In this document: piece by piece, positions 1-9,614 of the stretch | Layout: every line of letters starts with the position of its first letter | How positions within the stretch are numbered: position 1 is the stretch's first letter | Source: Alphaproteobacteria bacterium | Lineage (GTDB): Bacteria; Pseudomonadota; Alphaproteobacteria; Paracaedibacterales; VGCI01 | Direction: 5' to 3' | Assembly (NCBI GenBank): GCA_016869075.1 | Contig: VGEY01000002.1 | Location: 72,878 to 136,877, forward strand | DNA: 64,000 nucleotides | Translations under genes and position numbers: made by a program | Notes under the pieces: model-generated | What the model saw: only the letters and a program-made list of their open reading frames with translations | The model's database searches: none | Told to the model about the DNA's origin: nothing

Positions 1-324
1 GCACCCAAGCCTTGGAATATTTAAAATTTCTTTGGGTAAGATAAGTCCATAGGCAACCACAATGGCGCAATCTGCCTTATGGGAGGCAAAAAGATCTTGC
101 TCCTGCTGATCTTTAAAGTTTGAGGGAGTAAAAACAGGAATATTATGCTGAGCAGCCAGGTGATGTATGGCACTCATTTGAACATGATGCCCACGCCCGC
201 TCGGACGAGGGGGTTGTGTGTAAATAGCGACAACTTTATGAGGACTCTCAAGGAGAGTTTGAAGTGTGGGAACGGAAAATTGTGGAGTTCCCATAAAAAT
301 GAGGCGTAAAGGAGAAATAGTCAT
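1..324 (-). CDS. fmt: methionyl-tRNA formyltransferase, N-terminal part only (gene continues past the window start)
   Basis: Not in the ORF track because there is no stop in the window. Minus-strand translation from ATG at 322-324 reads MTISPLRLIFMGTPQFSVPTLQTLLESPHKVVAIYTQPPRPSGRGHHV..., a typical Fmt N-terminus. ATGA overlap with the def stop; conserved def-fmt order. Confidence 0.85.
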   Translation of the reverse strand, partial: MTISPLRLIFMGTPQFSVPTLQTLLESPHKVVAIYTQPPRPSGRGHHVQMSAIHHLAAQHNIPVFTPSNFKDQQEQDLFASHKADCAIVVAYGLILPKEILNIPRLGC

Positions 325-839
325 AACCTCAATTTATTATTTTTAAGCAGTTTGCGCAAAATAATCTCACGCTTGAGTCGAGACAGACGATCAATATAAA
401 GAATGCCATCCAAATGATCTATTTCATGCTGAATGCATCTTGCAAAAATATCATCCACCTCTTTTTCTTGAAGCGTATTATTTTCATCCAAATACCGTAT
501 TTTCACCTTGGTGGGACGATCAACGGCTCCATATTGATTCGGGACAGAAATGCAGGATTCATTTACAATGGCCGTTTCTTCTGAGGACCAAATGATTTCC
601 GGATTCGCTAATTTGATAATATCCGGCTCAACGCCTTCTTCCCCTGCGTTGAGGTCAATTACAACTACACGCTTGTCAACACCAACTTGAGTGGCAGCAA
701 GTCCCATCCCTTCATTGGCATACATTGTTTCTAACATATCATCCATGAGTTGGCGTATGTCATCATTAACACTTTCAACGGGCTTTGCTTTGATTTTTAA
801 GCGCGGATCAGGCGCTGTTAAAACTGTAAGTAATGGCAC
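321..839 (-). CDS. def: peptide deformylase
   Basis: 172 aa with the three deformylase motifs: GMGLAATQVG, ESCISVP (EGCLS-like) and HEIDHLDG. Directly upstream of fmt. Confidence 0.95.
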   Translation of the reverse strand: MPLLTVLTAPDPRLKIKAKPVESVNDDIRQLMDDMLETMYANEGMGLAATQVGVDKRVVVIDLNAGEEGVEPDIIKLANPEIIWSSEETAIVNESCISVPNQYGAVDRPTKVKIRYLDENNTLQEKEVDDIFARCIQHEIDHLDGILYIDRLSRLKREIILRKLLKNNKLRL

Positions 840-920
840 AATTTATATCTCACAACTATAGTAAATTTTCCCTAAATATTACTTAGGTTGTTTTTGCATA
901 TAATACAAGGAATTCTTTTA

Positions 921-2192
921 TTACTTTATTAACTGACCACTCAAATGAGAAAGAATACCGATTATAGTTCCACTCATACATGTGGCAAGAGTTCCGGCAA
1001 GAACAGATTTTAAACCAAGAGTAACAATTTCCTCTCTGCGTTCGGGTACCATGGACCCAATACCCCCAATCACAATACCAATAGCTGAAAAGTTGGCAAA
1101 CCCACACAGAGCGTATGTCATAATGAGCGCACTTTGGGAGCTGAGTTCAGCACGAGAGAGTTTAGATAAATCTAAGAAGGCGACCACTTCATTTAGAACA
1201 GTTTTTGTACCTAAAAGTTTTCCGGCTGTTGTGGCTTCAGCCCACGGAACCCCCATCAACCACGTCACAGGTGCCATTAAATACCCTAAAAGACGTTGTA
1301 AAGTAATCGGCTCACCTCCTATAGCAGGTAAAAAGGTCAAAAATGCATTCAGCAAAGATACTAATGCTAAGACAACAATTAGCATGGCCATCACATGTAA
1401 GAAAATTGTCAAACCATCAGATGTTCCTTTTGATATTGCATCCATCCAATTTGAAAATTTATAAGGAGCAACATATCCTCCAGTGGTCATCTCCCCCTCA
1501 TGTGGAATCATCACACGAGAAAGGGTAATAGCAGCTGGAATGCTTATAATGGATGCTGTCAAAATGTGAGCAATGGGGTTTGGAATGGTGCCTTCTAAAA
1601 TTGAAGTGTATAAAGCCATCACGCTTGCTGCCGTTGTTGCCATGCCGCATGTCATCACAGTAAATAACTCGCATCGGCTAAAGTTTTTGAGATAAGGCCG
1701 AACCAATAAAGGGGCTTCAATATTCCCTAAGAAAACTTTTGAGGCTGCAACAACACCCAAAGCCCCGCCAATACGGAGTGATTTTTGCAATGCGCGTGAG
1801 AAAAAACGGACAATGATGGGGAGTACTTTCCAATGAAACATCAGCATAGAAAGAGCACTCACAACCATAATGGTTGGTAAGGCCTGAAGAGCAAAAATGA
1901 AGGTTGTTGCCCCTGAATCAGGCGCAATATTAAATGGCACTGCCCCACCTCCCAAGTAACCAAAGACGAACTGAGTTCCAACTTGTGTGGCCTGCTTTAA
2001 AACATCCACAACGCGCGTCAAGCTTTCAAAGGCTCCACGAATAAGGCTAAATTGTGTAATGATAATGGCCAGCCCAATCTGGAGTCCAACACCCAAGAGA
2101 ACGTCACGCTTTTGAACTGCTGATCTATTTTCACTAAGAATCCAAGCAATCCCCAAAAACACACAAATTCCCAAAATTCCTTGTCCAATCAT
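921..2192 (-). CDS. NupC/CNT-family concentrative nucleoside transporter
   Basis: 423 aa polytopic membrane protein. C-terminal LCGFANFSAIGIVIGGIG block and overall layout are typical of NupC-family permeases. Confidence 0.8.
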   Translation of the reverse strand: MIGQGILGICVFLGIAWILSENRSAVQKRDVLLGVGLQIGLAIIITQFSLIRGAFESLTRVVDVLKQATQVGTQFVFGYLGGGAVPFNIAPDSGATTFIFALQALPTIMVVSALSMLMFHWKVLPIIVRFFSRALQKSLRIGGALGVVAASKVFLGNIEAPLLVRPYLKNFSRCELFTVMTCGMATTAASVMALYTSILEGTIPNPIAHILTASIISIPAAITLSRVMIPHEGEMTTGGYVAPYKFSNWMDAISKGTSDGLTIFLHVMAMLIVVLALVSLLNAFLTFLPAIGGEPITLQRLLGYLMAPVTWLMGVPWAEATTAGKLLGTKTVLNEVVAFLDLSKLSRAELSSQSALIMTYALCGFANFSAIGIVIGGIGSMVPERREEIVTLGLKSVLAGTLATCMSGTIIGILSHLSGQLIK

Positions 2193-2306
2193 GGAGTTAG
2201 CCCTTCATTCAATGGTTGATTTTTTTGAGTATACAAAATCCCCCTCGAAAACAAAAGAAAATCTGCGTAGAATCAGCTCAAGAATTATAATATAAGGAAC
2301 AAGAGT

Positions 2307-3785
2307 GTGATCTGGGTTCTCGGAAGTCTCGGTGGTGTGATCACTTTAGGGGTAGCTGTATATTTGTATAGACTCTATCAGCACCATAAAGTCACACAGC
2401 AAAATTCATTTCTTACCTATCAAGTGGAAATTCAAACGCAAAGCCAACGTATTACTGAGCTTCATCATCAACTAGCTCAAGAGCAAACAAAATGTGCAAT
2501 GCTGGAAGAGCGCACAAGTCGCCTTGCCCATCTCGAGGCACAGCTTGCCCAAGCCACACAAGATGGGATGAGTTTACGTACGAAAAGTGTTGAGCTTGCC
2601 ACTGCCTTAGATCATGAACGTCGTCAAGCTCAAGAAAAAATTGCTCTTCTTGAGGAGGCTCAACAACGTCTTTCCCAAACTTTTAAGGCGTTATCTGCCG
2701 ATGCACTTTCTGCAAATAACCAATCTTTTCTTGAGCTTGCAAAGTCTACTTTGGAGCGCTTTCAAGAATCTGCAAAAAATGATTTAACAACACGCCAAAA
2801 GGCCATCGGTGAAATGCTCAATCCCGTTCATCAGGCTTTGAATAAGGTTGATGTCAAATTGCTGGATTTGGAAAAGGAACGTGTTGGTGCTTATCAAGTT
2901 TTACGTCAGCAGGTTGCAGAACTCGTCAATAGTCAAAAAGAACTGCGATTAGAAACATCAAATTTGGTAAAGGCCTTACGAACTCCGAGCGTTCGTGGGC
3001 AATGGGGAGAAATCCAACTGAAGCGTGTTGTTGAAATGGCGGGAATGATTGCATATTGCGATTTTGTTGAACAAGTTTCCGTCGAGGGAGACAAGGGACG
3101 GCTTCGCCCTGACATGGTTGTCAATTTACCAGGTGGCAAGAAAATAGTTGTCGATGCAAAGGCCCCCCTCTCTGCCTATCTTGAATCCTTAGAAGCCACA
3201 GACGAACAAATACGATCTGATAAGCTGGCTGAACACGCACGCCAAGTTCGCACCCATATTCGCACATTGAGTCAACGATCTTACTGGGAACAATTTGATT
3301 CGACGCCAGAATTTGTCGTGCTCTTTTTACCAGGTGAAACCTTTTTTAGTGCAGCCCTTGAAAAAGATCCGACCCTCATTGAAATAGGGGTAAAAGAAAA
3401 AGTTATTCTTGCCACACCCACAACTTTAATAGCTTTACTTCGCGCGGTTTCTTATGGCTGGCGTCAAGAAGGCATTGCAGAAAATGCGAAGGCCATTAGT
3501 GACCTTGGACGGGAATTATATAAACGCTTAAGCGATATGGGGAATCATATGGCGCGTATGGGACGTCATTTGGGCCAAGCTGTTGATTCATATAACCAAA
3601 CTGTTGGAACGTTGGAACGACGTGTCCTTGTTTCAGCTCGAAAATTTCAAGCACTCGATCTGTCGGATGGAGAAATTGAAGAACTTGCAGCTATTGATCA
3701 CGCTCCCCGTCGCCTTCAATCTTTAGAGTTAGAAAATGAAGAAGATCCGGCCCCATCTGAGGCTCTTCAAAAGGAGGTTGCATAA
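2307..3785 (+). CDS. rmuC: DNA recombination protein RmuC
   Basis: 492 aa with a GTG start. N-terminal TM helix, long Q/E/A-rich coiled coil, and a C-terminal RmuC-type nuclease-like region (VVDAKAPL, FVVLFLPGE, ILATPTTLIALLR). Confidence 0.85.
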   Translation: MIWVLGSLGGVITLGVAVYLYRLYQHHKVTQQNSFLTYQVEIQTQSQRITELHHQLAQEQTKCAMLEERTSRLAHLEAQLAQATQDGMSLRTKSVELATALDHERRQAQEKIALLEEAQQRLSQTFKALSADALSANNQSFLELAKSTLERFQESAKNDLTTRQKAIGEMLNPVHQALNKVDVKLLDLEKERVGAYQVLRQQVAELVNSQKELRLETSNLVKALRTPSVRGQWGEIQLKRVVEMAGMIAYCDFVEQVSVEGDKGRLRPDMVVNLPGGKKIVVDAKAPLSAYLESLEATDEQIRSDKLAEHARQVRTHIRTLSQRSYWEQFDSTPEFVVLFLPGETFFSAALEKDPTLIEIGVKEKVILATPTTLIALLRAVSYGWRQEGIAENAKAISDLGRELYKRLSDMGNHMARMGRHLGQAVDSYNQTVGTLERRVLVSARKFQALDLSDGEIEELAAIDHAPRRLQSLELENEEDPAPSEALQKEVA

Positions 3786-3786
3786 T

Positions 3787-4743
3787 ATGTCTCACCCCAT
3801 CGTAGCCCTACAAATGGAGCCCCTTTCACAAATTATTGTTGAAACCAATACAACTTTTGCACTGGGCTTAGAAGCACAGAAACGCGGATATAAGTTATTT
3901 ACATATACACCTGATGACCTGTCTTCTACACCCAATGGCATCGTTGCAAGAGGGCGCTGGGTAACTTTTCAGGATCAGTCATCTGATTATTTCACACAAA
4001 GCGATGAAGCTCTTCTTAATTTAGAGGAAGCCCAGTATGTGTTGATGCGCCAAGATCCCCCTTTTAATATGCCTTATATTACGGCGACACATTTTTTGGA
4101 ATTACTCCCAAAAACAACGCGCGTCATTAATAACCCGGCAGGTGTTCGAAACGCACCTGAAAAACTCCTCATTACACATTTTCCCACTCTCATTCCACCA
4201 ACCCTCATATCTTGGGATCGTGCTTTGATTAATGAGTTCATCCATGTCCATGGATCAGTCATTTTAAAACCATTGTTCGAATTTGGCGGAAATGGTGTTC
4301 TTCTTTTCAATCCTGGTGATCAAAACCTACCTGAGATTCTTAACATCTATCGCACACTCTATAATGCCCCTCCTATTTTTCAAAAATTTTTACCAGAAGT
4401 TCATCAAGGGGATAAAAGAATTATTCTCATTGATGGCAAACCTTTGGGAATTTTTAAACGCATCCCTCCGAAGGGTCAGGTTCGCAGTAATATGCGCCAG
4501 GGTGGGCGCCCCGAAGTTTGCGAATTCACCCCGCGAGATTTGGAAATTTGTGCTCAGATCGGCCCTATCCTCAAAGAGCAGGGACTTTATTTAGCGGGTA
4601 TAGATATTATTGGCGATTATCTTATTGAAATTAATGTCACATCACCAACAGGACTGCGTGCCATAAATCGCCTTTATAATAAAAACTTGACTCAAGATTT
4701 TTGGGATGGGTTAACGTCTGATATTTCATCGTTCAACAATTGA
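3787..4743 (+). CDS. gshB: glutathione synthetase (ATP-grasp)
   Basis: Colinear by eye with E. coli GshB (MRQDPPF, ILKPL..GGNG, GDKRIILIDG, RGNxxxGG-like MRQGGRPE, EINVTSPTG). Start moved to ATG 3787 (MSHPIVALQMEP), 2 nt after the rmuC stop. The track ORF start at 3736 lies inside rmuC. Confidence 0.9.
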   Translation: MSHPIVALQMEPLSQIIVETNTTFALGLEAQKRGYKLFTYTPDDLSSTPNGIVARGRWVTFQDQSSDYFTQSDEALLNLEEAQYVLMRQDPPFNMPYITATHFLELLPKTTRVINNPAGVRNAPEKLLITHFPTLIPPTLISWDRALINEFIHVHGSVILKPLFEFGGNGVLLFNPGDQNLPEILNIYRTLYNAPPIFQKFLPEVHQGDKRIILIDGKPLGIFKRIPPKGQVRSNMRQGGRPEVCEFTPRDLEICAQIGPILKEQGLYLAGIDIIGDYLIEINVTSPTGLRAINRLYNKNLTQDFWDGLTSDISSFNN

Positions 4744-4796
4744 CAAATTGTCTTTTTTTTCCCATAGTTGGGCCATAAATTTTAAGGACATTAAAG

Positions 4797-5735
4797 ATGC
4801 CAAAAGCACCTGAACTCTCTGTTGTCATTCCTGTCTATAATGAAGCAGAAAATTTACCCCCCTTATTTCAAAGGTTGACGCACGTCCTTGATCAACAAGG
4901 TCTATCTTATGAAATTATTTTTACAAATGACGGAAGTCATGATGCTTCACTCGACTTATTAAAAAAATTTCATAATGACAACCCACGCACAGTACGCGTC
5001 ATAGATTTTCATGGCAACTTTGGCCAGCATATGGCTATCATGGCAGCCTTTGAACAAGCACGTGGACAAACCATTGTAACGTTAGATGCTGATTTGCAAA
5101 ATCCTCCGGAGGAAATTCCAAAGCTTATGGAAAAAATAAAGGAGGGGTTTGATTATGTTGGAAGTTATCGCCATAATCGCCAGGACTCTTTTTTTCGAAC
5201 CCATGTTTCCCGCCTCGTGAACTGGTTCCGAGAAACCACGACAGATATTAAAATGCGCGATCAGGGGTGCATGTTGCGCGCCTATTCTCGACAGATTATA
5301 GAACAAATTGTGCGCTCTGGAGAACGCTCAACTTTTATTCCTGCTTTAGCCTATAAATTTTCGGGTCGTCCAACTGAAGTAGAAGTAAAGCATGATCTCC
5401 GCGTGGCAGGTCTTTCAAAATATAATCTCTATCGATTAATTCGTTTAAATTTTGACCTCATCACTGGATTTTCTCTTATCCCCTTGCAGCTTTTCACAAT
5501 CTTTGGAATTGCTGTATCAGGACTCAGTGGACTTCTCGTGCTTTACATGCTTTTGCGTCGCTTTATTATTGGTCCTGAGGCTGAGGGTTTATTTACGCTT
5601 TTTGCAATTCTTTTCTTCCTTATAAGTGTTGTCATCACAGGTATTGGTATTGTGGGTGAATATGTGGGGCGCATTTTTCAAACTTTGAGTCAAAGGCCTC
5701 GGTACATTATTCGTGAAATCATAGAGAAAAAATGA
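4797..5735 (+). CDS. arnC: undecaprenyl-phosphate 4-deoxy-4-formamido-L-arabinose transferase (GT2)
   Basis: Near full-length colinearity with E. coli ArnC (VVIPVYNE, TLDADLQNPPEEIP, RQNRQDS.FR, GCMLRAY, ERSTFIP, two C-terminal TM helices, GEYVGRI...RPRY). Confidence 0.9.
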   Translation: MPKAPELSVVIPVYNEAENLPPLFQRLTHVLDQQGLSYEIIFTNDGSHDASLDLLKKFHNDNPRTVRVIDFHGNFGQHMAIMAAFEQARGQTIVTLDADLQNPPEEIPKLMEKIKEGFDYVGSYRHNRQDSFFRTHVSRLVNWFRETTTDIKMRDQGCMLRAYSRQIIEQIVRSGERSTFIPALAYKFSGRPTEVEVKHDLRVAGLSKYNLYRLIRLNFDLITGFSLIPLQLFTIFGIAVSGLSGLLVLYMLLRRFIIGPEAEGLFTLFAILFFLISVVITGIGIVGEYVGRIFQTLSQRPRYIIREIIEKK

Positions 5736-6643
5736 CAAAAATTGTCGTCTTTGCTTATAGCTTGGTTGGCCATGCTTGTTTGAAGTGGCTTTTAGAGGCT
5801 GATGAAAATATTGTTGGCGTTTTTACGCATCCCGATAATCCTGGTGAAAAATTATGGTTTCCTTCTGTTGCTCACCTGGCAAGTGAACAACATATTCCTG
5901 TCATTGCAACAGAAGATGCTAAAGACCCGAGCGTTTTAGAGGCCCTACAAAAAATACAACCTGATATTCTTTTGTCTTTTTATTATAGAAAGATGATTCC
6001 TGACTATATTTTAAACATTCCCCCTTTAGGTTGTTTTAATATGCATGGCTCTCTCCTCCCGCGATATCGCGGACGGGCTCCATTAAATTGGGCTCTTGTG
6101 CATGGAGAAACGGAAACAGGCGCCACTCTTCATCATATGGTTAAATCAGCTGACGCAGGTTCCATCGTGGACCAAGAAAGCATTCCTATTCATCCGACTG
6201 ATACGGCTTTTGAACTTACGCATCGGGTCGCAGATGCAGCTGTGGAAATTCTCAAACGACAAATGAGTGCATTAAAAGAAGGCACGGCACCTTCCATTCC
6301 CCAAGATGAAACCAAAGCAACCTACTTCGGTGGGAGGAGCGCAAAAGACAGTGAAATTCATTGGGAACAGTCAGCATGGCAAATTCATAACCTCATTCGC
6401 GCAGTTCCATATCCCTATTTTCCCCCCGCCTTCACAATATTTCAGGGGGAAAAACTAGAAATACGACGGAATAAACTACCAAGTAATGAGCGTTTAAAAA
6501 AAGGCTTTCCACCAGGACAAATCATTGAAAAAGGGAAAGGATGGATTCGTGTAGCCTGTGGGGATGGCCATGATTATTTAGATATTACCGAGCTTTCTTG
6601 TTCACTGGCATCAATTCCCCTGGGAAAAATATTAATAGATTAA
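5732..6643 (+). CDS. arnA: UDP-4-amino-4-deoxy-L-arabinose formyltransferase (stand-alone ArnA N-terminal domain)
   Basis: 303 aa, colinear with E. coli ArnA residues 1-300 (VVFAY, FTH.DNPGEK, SFYYR, HGSLLP.YRGRAPLNWALV.GETETGATLH.MVK.ADAG). ATGA overlap with arnC. No decarboxylase domain follows. Confidence 0.9.
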   Translation: MTKIVVFAYSLVGHACLKWLLEADENIVGVFTHPDNPGEKLWFPSVAHLASEQHIPVIATEDAKDPSVLEALQKIQPDILLSFYYRKMIPDYILNIPPLGCFNMHGSLLPRYRGRAPLNWALVHGETETGATLHHMVKSADAGSIVDQESIPIHPTDTAFELTHRVADAAVEILKRQMSALKEGTAPSIPQDETKATYFGGRSAKDSEIHWEQSAWQIHNLIRAVPYPYFPPAFTIFQGEKLEIRRNKLPSNERLKKGFPPGQIIEKGKGWIRVACGDGHDYLDITELSCSLASIPLGKILID

Positions 6644-6647
6644 AAAG

Positions 6648-8780
6648 TCATGGACACGCTTTTAAATGACGTGTGATTTTGATTTTTAATTGAGAAGGTA
6701 TCGGTATAAACCGTTCAACTTTAGAATGAAGGGCACTTCTGAGCGTACACATCCCCTCATCAAAACGAGAAGGGTCCCGCAGTAAGCATGATCCTATAAA
6801 CCAAAGAGCTATTGGGTCACTTGGATTTTGATGACGAATTTGGTGCGCAAAATCCAACACTTTAGACTCCTTTCCAAGCATTTGATAGTGTGTGAAAAAC
6901 GGGATCAATATATCTGTGCGATATGGCATCAAGGCAATGTGATCTTTCACGAGATTTTCCCAAAGTTCATAAGTCTGAGAATCAAATAAATTTAAAACTT
7001 CAGTTTTGGATGCCAACTCGCTCAAAATATTAATAGCAATATTGTTCGCAAGGTAATTTCCACCCTTGGGCAAAGACTCTAAGTGTTTAACAATTTTCAA
7101 CGAAAATTCTAGTAATTGTGCAGGCGATTTTTCAAATTCTTTTTGAATATCTAGTGCATATCTGCGCAACAGTCTAACTTGTCTTTGTGCCCCAAACAAC
7201 CCTTCCACATAAACGTTGGGAGACGTTATAAGTGTTTCAATTTGTTCTGTACTTGCGTGAGGTTCTGGCTCAATTAATTTCTTATTAAACCCACAGGCTA
7301 CAAAGCCATTAAGTACCGAAAAAAAGAGAAGAGTTATAGCAATAGAGGTAAGAATTTTAGATCTGAGCCAATTAAACTTATAACCCTTTGATGGAACCCT
7401 CGCAAATAACGAGAAGGCCAGCAGCGTAAAAGGAATAGTCATAGTAAATTGGAACCAAAATAATATTTGAATTTGATAGGCGATTAAAAAGCCAGAACCC
7501 AAAAGAAGAGAATGACGCGCAAAAGAGTTGATAAGTTTATATTGAGTAAAGAGATAAATTCCAACCCCCATAAGTCCTAAGGAGTGAAAAATGTTCGTGA
7601 GAACATTATGTGTGTGCATCAAATCCCGATCAACCAATTCCCAACTGGGCTGATATTCACTTCCAGCAAAAAGACTTATTTCGTCAATGAGAAACATATT
7701 AGCTGCAGAAATATTACCGAAAGTTCCCCAGCCACTCCCGATTAATATTCTTTTTATTTCCTGCAGATCGAGGGGATTATACCACAAATCTACTAAAGAA
7801 ATTTTTGAGAGCCACGTTCGACTTGTTAAAGTAGAAATATTGCCTAAAAAGGACACCTGAGGAGGTAATGCGCGTGATATATCATCATAAAATATAACTA
7901 AAAAGGTGATCAGCAGAGTGATTGAAAAAAAACAAATTTGAATGAGACCACGTCGCCAAGAATGAGGAAAAATCAAAAGTGGAACCATTGATAACGCAGC
8001 GATAATAAGGCCATACCCTAAGCTTTTATTGCTTGCATAATACGCTATGATGCCAAATGCACATAGAGCAATACCATCTTTAATATATCCATTCCCTTTG
8101 ATTTCCTTACGCATATGAAGATAGATGGCCATGAGCGCAATATCAATAAATGCCAAAAAATCTGGAAAGAAAAAGGGAGCCCACTTCCAATAACGCCAAC
8201 TGTAAAATGGGGATTCTTGAGAACCTATAATTGTCAACGTACTTATAATGATACCGACCAGAACGGCGCTTAAAAAGAGCGCTTTTCGTGCACGAGAAAG
8301 GCGTGACAAAAGAGAAAAATGAGCAGCCATAATTCCCACAGAAAATAAGGTAAGGACCCCTTCTCCAATTTGACCCGATCCCACTAAATCTCTTAATGGG
8401 AGAATGTGAAAGGTACAAAGTGCGAGGGAGAAGGTTCCTAATAAAATTGGCCCCCACACAAGTGGTAATTTTACAATGTTCTCCACCAACTTCGGGTTCT
8501 TTTGCCAAACCAATCCTATCCATAAACATGAAATTGCTGAGGACACCCAAAGAGCGATCAAGCTTGTTTCAACTTGGCTATAAAATCCAAGACGCAACGG
8601 TGGGAGGGTGCATAATGGAATAATAAAAAACATGCACGCAAGTATAAGCCCCACCTGACCAAGATTCCAAAATCTCTTTACATCCGCGTAAGACTGATCT
8701 TTTGAAGGTGCCCTAGGTGCTTTTCTTTTATTTTGCATATAATATTTTGTTGCCTGTCTTGTGACTATACAAGTGTTCAT
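6648..8780 (-). CDS. O-antigen ligase (Wzy_C)-family polytopic membrane protein with a C-terminal helical/TPR-like soluble domain
   Basis: 710 aa with about 12 hydrophobic segments. An HTHNVLTNIFHSLGLMGVGIYLF block resembles the HN..L....E.G..G motif of Wzy_C/WaaL/PglL proteins. The last ~200 aa are soluble and helical. Start is uncertain (M1 at 8780, or MQNKRK at 8738). Confidence 0.55.
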   Translation of the reverse strand: MNTCIVTRQATKYYMQNKRKAPRAPSKDQSYADVKRFWNLGQVGLILACMFFIIPLCTLPPLRLGFYSQVETSLIALWVSSAISCLWIGLVWQKNPKLVENIVKLPLVWGPILLGTFSLALCTFHILPLRDLVGSGQIGEGVLTLFSVGIMAAHFSLLSRLSRARKALFLSAVLVGIIISTLTIIGSQESPFYSWRYWKWAPFFFPDFLAFIDIALMAIYLHMRKEIKGNGYIKDGIALCAFGIIAYYASNKSLGYGLIIAALSMVPLLIFPHSWRRGLIQICFFSITLLITFLVIFYDDISRALPPQVSFLGNISTLTSRTWLSKISLVDLWYNPLDLQEIKRILIGSGWGTFGNISAANMFLIDEISLFAGSEYQPSWELVDRDLMHTHNVLTNIFHSLGLMGVGIYLFTQYKLINSFARHSLLLGSGFLIAYQIQILFWFQFTMTIPFTLLAFSLFARVPSKGYKFNWLRSKILTSIAITLLFFSVLNGFVACGFNKKLIEPEPHASTEQIETLITSPNVYVEGLFGAQRQVRLLRRYALDIQKEFEKSPAQLLEFSLKIVKHLESLPKGGNYLANNIAINILSELASKTEVLNLFDSQTYELWENLVKDHIALMPYRTDILIPFFTHYQMLGKESKVLDFAHQIRHQNPSDPIALWFIGSCLLRDPSRFDEGMCTLRSALHSKVERFIPIPSQLKIKITRHLKACP

Positions 8781-9603
8781 GTTGATTGATTATAGAAGAT
8801 TTCCAAAACTTAGGCCAATCAGATTGATGGGAAAAGAAGGGAATTTTATGCACCGTAATAGAGCAGGTAGAAGGGAAAGCTGCAAAGTAGGCCTCTGAAA
8901 GCTTAAGAGGGACTGCCTCATCCTCTAATCCTATGAAATGGTGTTGGGTTATGTGAGTCAATTGAAGTGTGAAATCGAGAGGCGTTAGGGAGCCATTCAA
9001 CTGAGTGTAGCCATGGTAAGATGACCATGCACTAATATCCAAAAGAGGGGCAAATGTTACAACTGAGATAACGTCTTTACGCTGCGCAGCAACAAGCAAA
9101 CATACGGTTGCGCCTCCTGAGTACCCATGAAGAGTAACTGATTGAATTCCCCAATTTTTCTTGAGCGTATCGAGCGCTTGGTGATAACTCTTAATAACTT
9201 TTTGTCCAAAGCGATCTGAGGTCCAATCAAGAGGGGTACAGCGCTTATCCATATTATATTGGCAGGGTCGTGCAAGGTAAATAATTGAGGATGCTCTGTT
9301 GTCAGCGAGCGCTAACTTAAACCCAACCGGATCGGATGGTGTCGGATCTTGTGAAATCGTCCAAGAATCTTGCCAAGCATGTCCATCCCCTTCTATATAA
9401 ACATTTGCATGGGAAGTTCTTTGGTTATCCCCCCACCCAATTAGATCAAAATACTCTGTTTTTAATGTAAGTGGCTGGTTTATTGAAGAACTATGTGCGA
9501 GAACTTTAAGATCATTTTGAAGGGTGTTTTGGCAACTGCCTAATAAAAGGCTTCCAAAAATAAAAAGAGCAGCGCAAAACGCTGCTCTTTTTTTGTAAGA
9601 CAG
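8728..9603 (-). CDS. putative lipoprotein alpha/beta hydrolase (GYSGG nucleophile elbow); start codon unresolved
   Basis: The track ORF (174 aa from ATG 9252) carries HGYSGGA. The same frame stays open upstream to TAG at 9628-9630. That extension encodes ..SYKKRAAFCAALFIFGSLLLGSCQN.. (n-region, h-region, lipobox L-G-S-C) and VYIEGDGHAW. It contains no in-frame ATG, GTG or TTG; CTG at 9601-9603 or 9610-9612, or ATT at 9619-9621, are the only candidates. Confidence 0.5.
   Translation of the reverse strand: MSYKKRAAFCAALFIFGSLLLGSCQNTLQNDLKVLAHSSSINQPLTLKTEYFDLIGWGDNQRTSHANVYIEGDGHAWQDSWTISQDPTPSDPVGFKLALADNRASSIIYLARPCQYNMDKRCTPLDWTSDRFGQKVIKSYHQALDTLKKNWGIQSVTLHGYSGGATVCLLVAAQRKDVISVVTFAPLLDISAWSSYHGYTQLNGSLTPLDFTLQLTHITQHHFIGLEDEAVPLKLSEAYFAAFPSTCSITVHKIPFFSHQSDWPKFWKSSIINQHEHLYSHKTGNKILYAK
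9562..9594 (-). terminator. intrinsic terminator-like hairpin 21 nt downstream of the OMP stop
   Basis: 9-bp GC-rich stem (agagcagcg at 9566-9574 pairs with cgctgctct at 9580-9588), 5-nt loop, with A5 and T7 runs on either side, so there is a U-tract on both strands. Confidence 0.6.
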
Positions 9604-9614
9604 GTTAACCAGTT

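Noticed and set aside
3736-3786. Upstream extension of the gshB ORF overlapping the end of rmuC
   Set aside because: The GshB homology starts at MSHPIVALQM (ATG 3787), 2 nt after the rmuC stop. The extension is basic and has no homology.
4741-4765. Possible terminator after gshB (gacaaattgtc followed by T8)
   Set aside because: The stem is only 4-5 bp with a 1-3 nt loop, which is too weak to call. The T-run alone is common in this AT-rich DNA.
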